In this document: piece after piece, positions 1 to 691 of the stretch
Position numbering within the stretch: the first letter of the stretch is position 1
How the letters are laid out: the number at the start of each line of letters is the position of its first letter
NCBI RefSeq assembly: GCF_003334765.1
Contig: NZ_QOWT01000106.1
Source: Escherichia coli
Lineage (GTDB): Bacteria; Pseudomonadota; Gammaproteobacteria; Enterobacterales; Enterobacteriaceae
DNA: 691 nt
Strand: one strand, 5' to 3'
The notes under the pieces: generated by a model
What the model was told of the DNA's origin: nothing
What the model saw: only the letters and a program-made list of their open reading frames with translations
Database searches by the model: none
Program-made: the position numbers and the translations under genes

Positions 1-691
1 ACACGCGCCTGGTTACCCATACACAGGGAACAGCCAGGGATCTCGATACGCGCACCACTCTTACCGAAGACGCTGTAGTAGCCTTCTTCGGTCAACTGTG
101 CGGCGTCCATACGGGTTGGCGGTGCCACCCACAGGCGGGTCGGCAACTGACCTTTATGCGCATCCAGCAGTTTACCCGCAGCACGGAAGTGACCGATGTT
201 GGTCATGCAGGAACCGATAAACACTTCGTCGATCTTCTCGCCCTGTACCGCAGACAGCGGACGCGCGTCATCCGGGTCGTTCGGAGCACAGAGGATTGGC
301 TCTTTGATATCCGCCAGATCGATGTCGATCACTGCCGCGTATTCCGCATCTGCATCGGCTTCCAGCAGCTCAGGATTCGCCAGCCATTTTTCCATGCCCT
401 GAATACGGCGTTCCAGGGTACGATGATCGCCGTAACCTTCCGCGATCATCCACTTCAGCAGGACGATGTTGGAGTTCAGGTATTCGATGATCGGTTCTTT
501 GTTCAGCTTGATGGTACAACCGGCAGCAGAACGCTCGGCGGACGCATCGGTCAGCTCAAAGGCCTGCTCAACTTTCAGATCCGGCAGACCTTCAATTTCC
601 AGGATGCGGCCAGAGAAGATGTTTTTCTTGCCTTTCTTCTCAACGGTCAGCAGACCTTGTTTGATCGCATACAGCGGAATAGCGTGTACCA
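1..691 (-). CDS. acnB: Aconitate hydratase B (aconitase B; bifunctional aconitate hydratase 2 / 2-methylisocitrate dehydratase), internal fragment truncated at both ends by the window
   Basis: Manual translation of the reverse complement gives an uninterrupted frame of 229 complete codons (codon n at plus-strand coordinates 690-3n to 692-3n; first complete codon 687..689, last 3..5; partial codons at 690..691 and 1..2). The peptide starts [231 protein letters not shown] recognise this as the catalytic region of enterobacterial AcnB, including the aconitase-family Fe-S ligand motifs SCMTN and [11 protein letters not shown]. Codon usage is typical of a well-expressed E. coli gene (CTG Leu, CGT/CGC Arg, GGT/GGC Gly, AAA Lys, GAA Glu). 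Identification is from recall, not a search. Confidence 0.95.
21..32 (-). other. acnB: Codons for predicted [4Fe-4S] cluster ligand cysteine pair (C-S-L-C in motif [13 protein letters not shown]), within acnB
   Basis: Plus-strand aca at 30..32 and aca at 21..23 are minus-strand tgt (Cys) codons separated by Ser-Leu, in the conserved aconitase motif [12 protein letters not shown]. They lie 59 and 62 residues downstream of the first ligand Cys, matching the family C-x58-C-x2-C spacing. By recollection these are Cys769 and Cys772 of AcnB. Confidence 0.75.
207..209 (-). other. acnB: Codon for predicted [4Fe-4S] cluster ligand cysteine (first of three; in motif [11 protein letters not shown]), within acnB
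   Basis: Plus-strand gca at 207..209 is minus-strand tgc (Cys), in frame within the motif [13 protein letters not shown]. The aconitase family uses one Cys in an S-C-M/T-T-N context plus a downstream C-x2-C pair as cluster ligands. If my recollection of AcnB numbering is right this is Cys710. Confidence 0.75.

Noticed and set aside
316-330. Short repetitive stretch agatcgatgtcgatc, with two GATC sites and a palindromic atcgat
   Set aside because: On the coding strand it simply encodes V-I-D-I-D-L (gtg atc gac atc gat ctg). The repeat is a consequence of a repeated Ile-Asp dipeptide and is too short to be a regulatory or mobile-element repeat.
346-356. Tandem gcatc-t-gcatc repeat
   Set aside because: It encodes the alternating A-D-A-D-A-E peptide on the minus strand, so it is a trivial codon-level repeat with no independent signal.
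196-402. Plus-strand ORF of 68 aa from the supplied six-frame track ([68 protein letters not shown])
   Set aside because: It lies wholly antisense to the acnB reading frame, which is open across the entire window and gives a recognisable conserved protein. The 68-aa product is low-complexity (Ser/Ala-rich), as expected from reading a codon-biased gene on the wrong strand, and I recognise no known domain in it. It is a spurious antisense ORF, not a gene.
1-691. Possibility that the window holds a novel defence, mobile or accessory system, as the prompt suggests
   Set aside because: Every base is accounted for by one conserved housekeeping CDS. There is no intergenic DNA, no additional plausible ORF, no repeat array, no integrase or transposase-like coding, and no visible compositional shift. 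Promoters and terminators cannot be assessed because both gene ends lie outside the window.
1-691. Search for Chi sites (gctggtgg or ccaccagc) and REP-like palindromes
   Set aside because: No exact Chi octamer on either strand and no extended GC-rich palindromic unit was found on manual scan. The nearest, ggtgccaccc around 121..130, is not a match.

Overview
The whole 691-bp window is an internal fragment of a single gene on the minus strand: acnB, encoding aconitate hydratase B (aconitase B / 2-methylisocitrate dehydratase), in an Escherichia/Shigella-like enterobacterial sequence. The minus-strand frame is open across all 229 complete codons, with no start or stop in the window. Its translation ([38 protein letters not shown] ... 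[19 protein letters not shown] ... [19 protein letters not shown]) is recognisable as the C-terminal catalytic region of AcnB and includes the three cysteines that ligate the [4Fe-4S] cluster. The gene is transcribed right to left; its N-terminal part lies beyond position 691 and its C-terminal part beyond position 1. There is no intergenic DNA, promoter, terminator, RNA gene, mobile element or CRISPR array here. The supplied plus-strand ORF (196..402) is a spurious antisense ORF inside acnB. I see no evidence of a novel or undescribed system: this is ordinary core-metabolism (TCA cycle) coding sequence. The only minor points worth recording are the Fe-S ligand codons, a roughly threefold excess of GATC sites, and one 9-bp perfect inverted repeat inside the coding region. 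All identifications come from manual translation and recall of the protein family; no database search was run.
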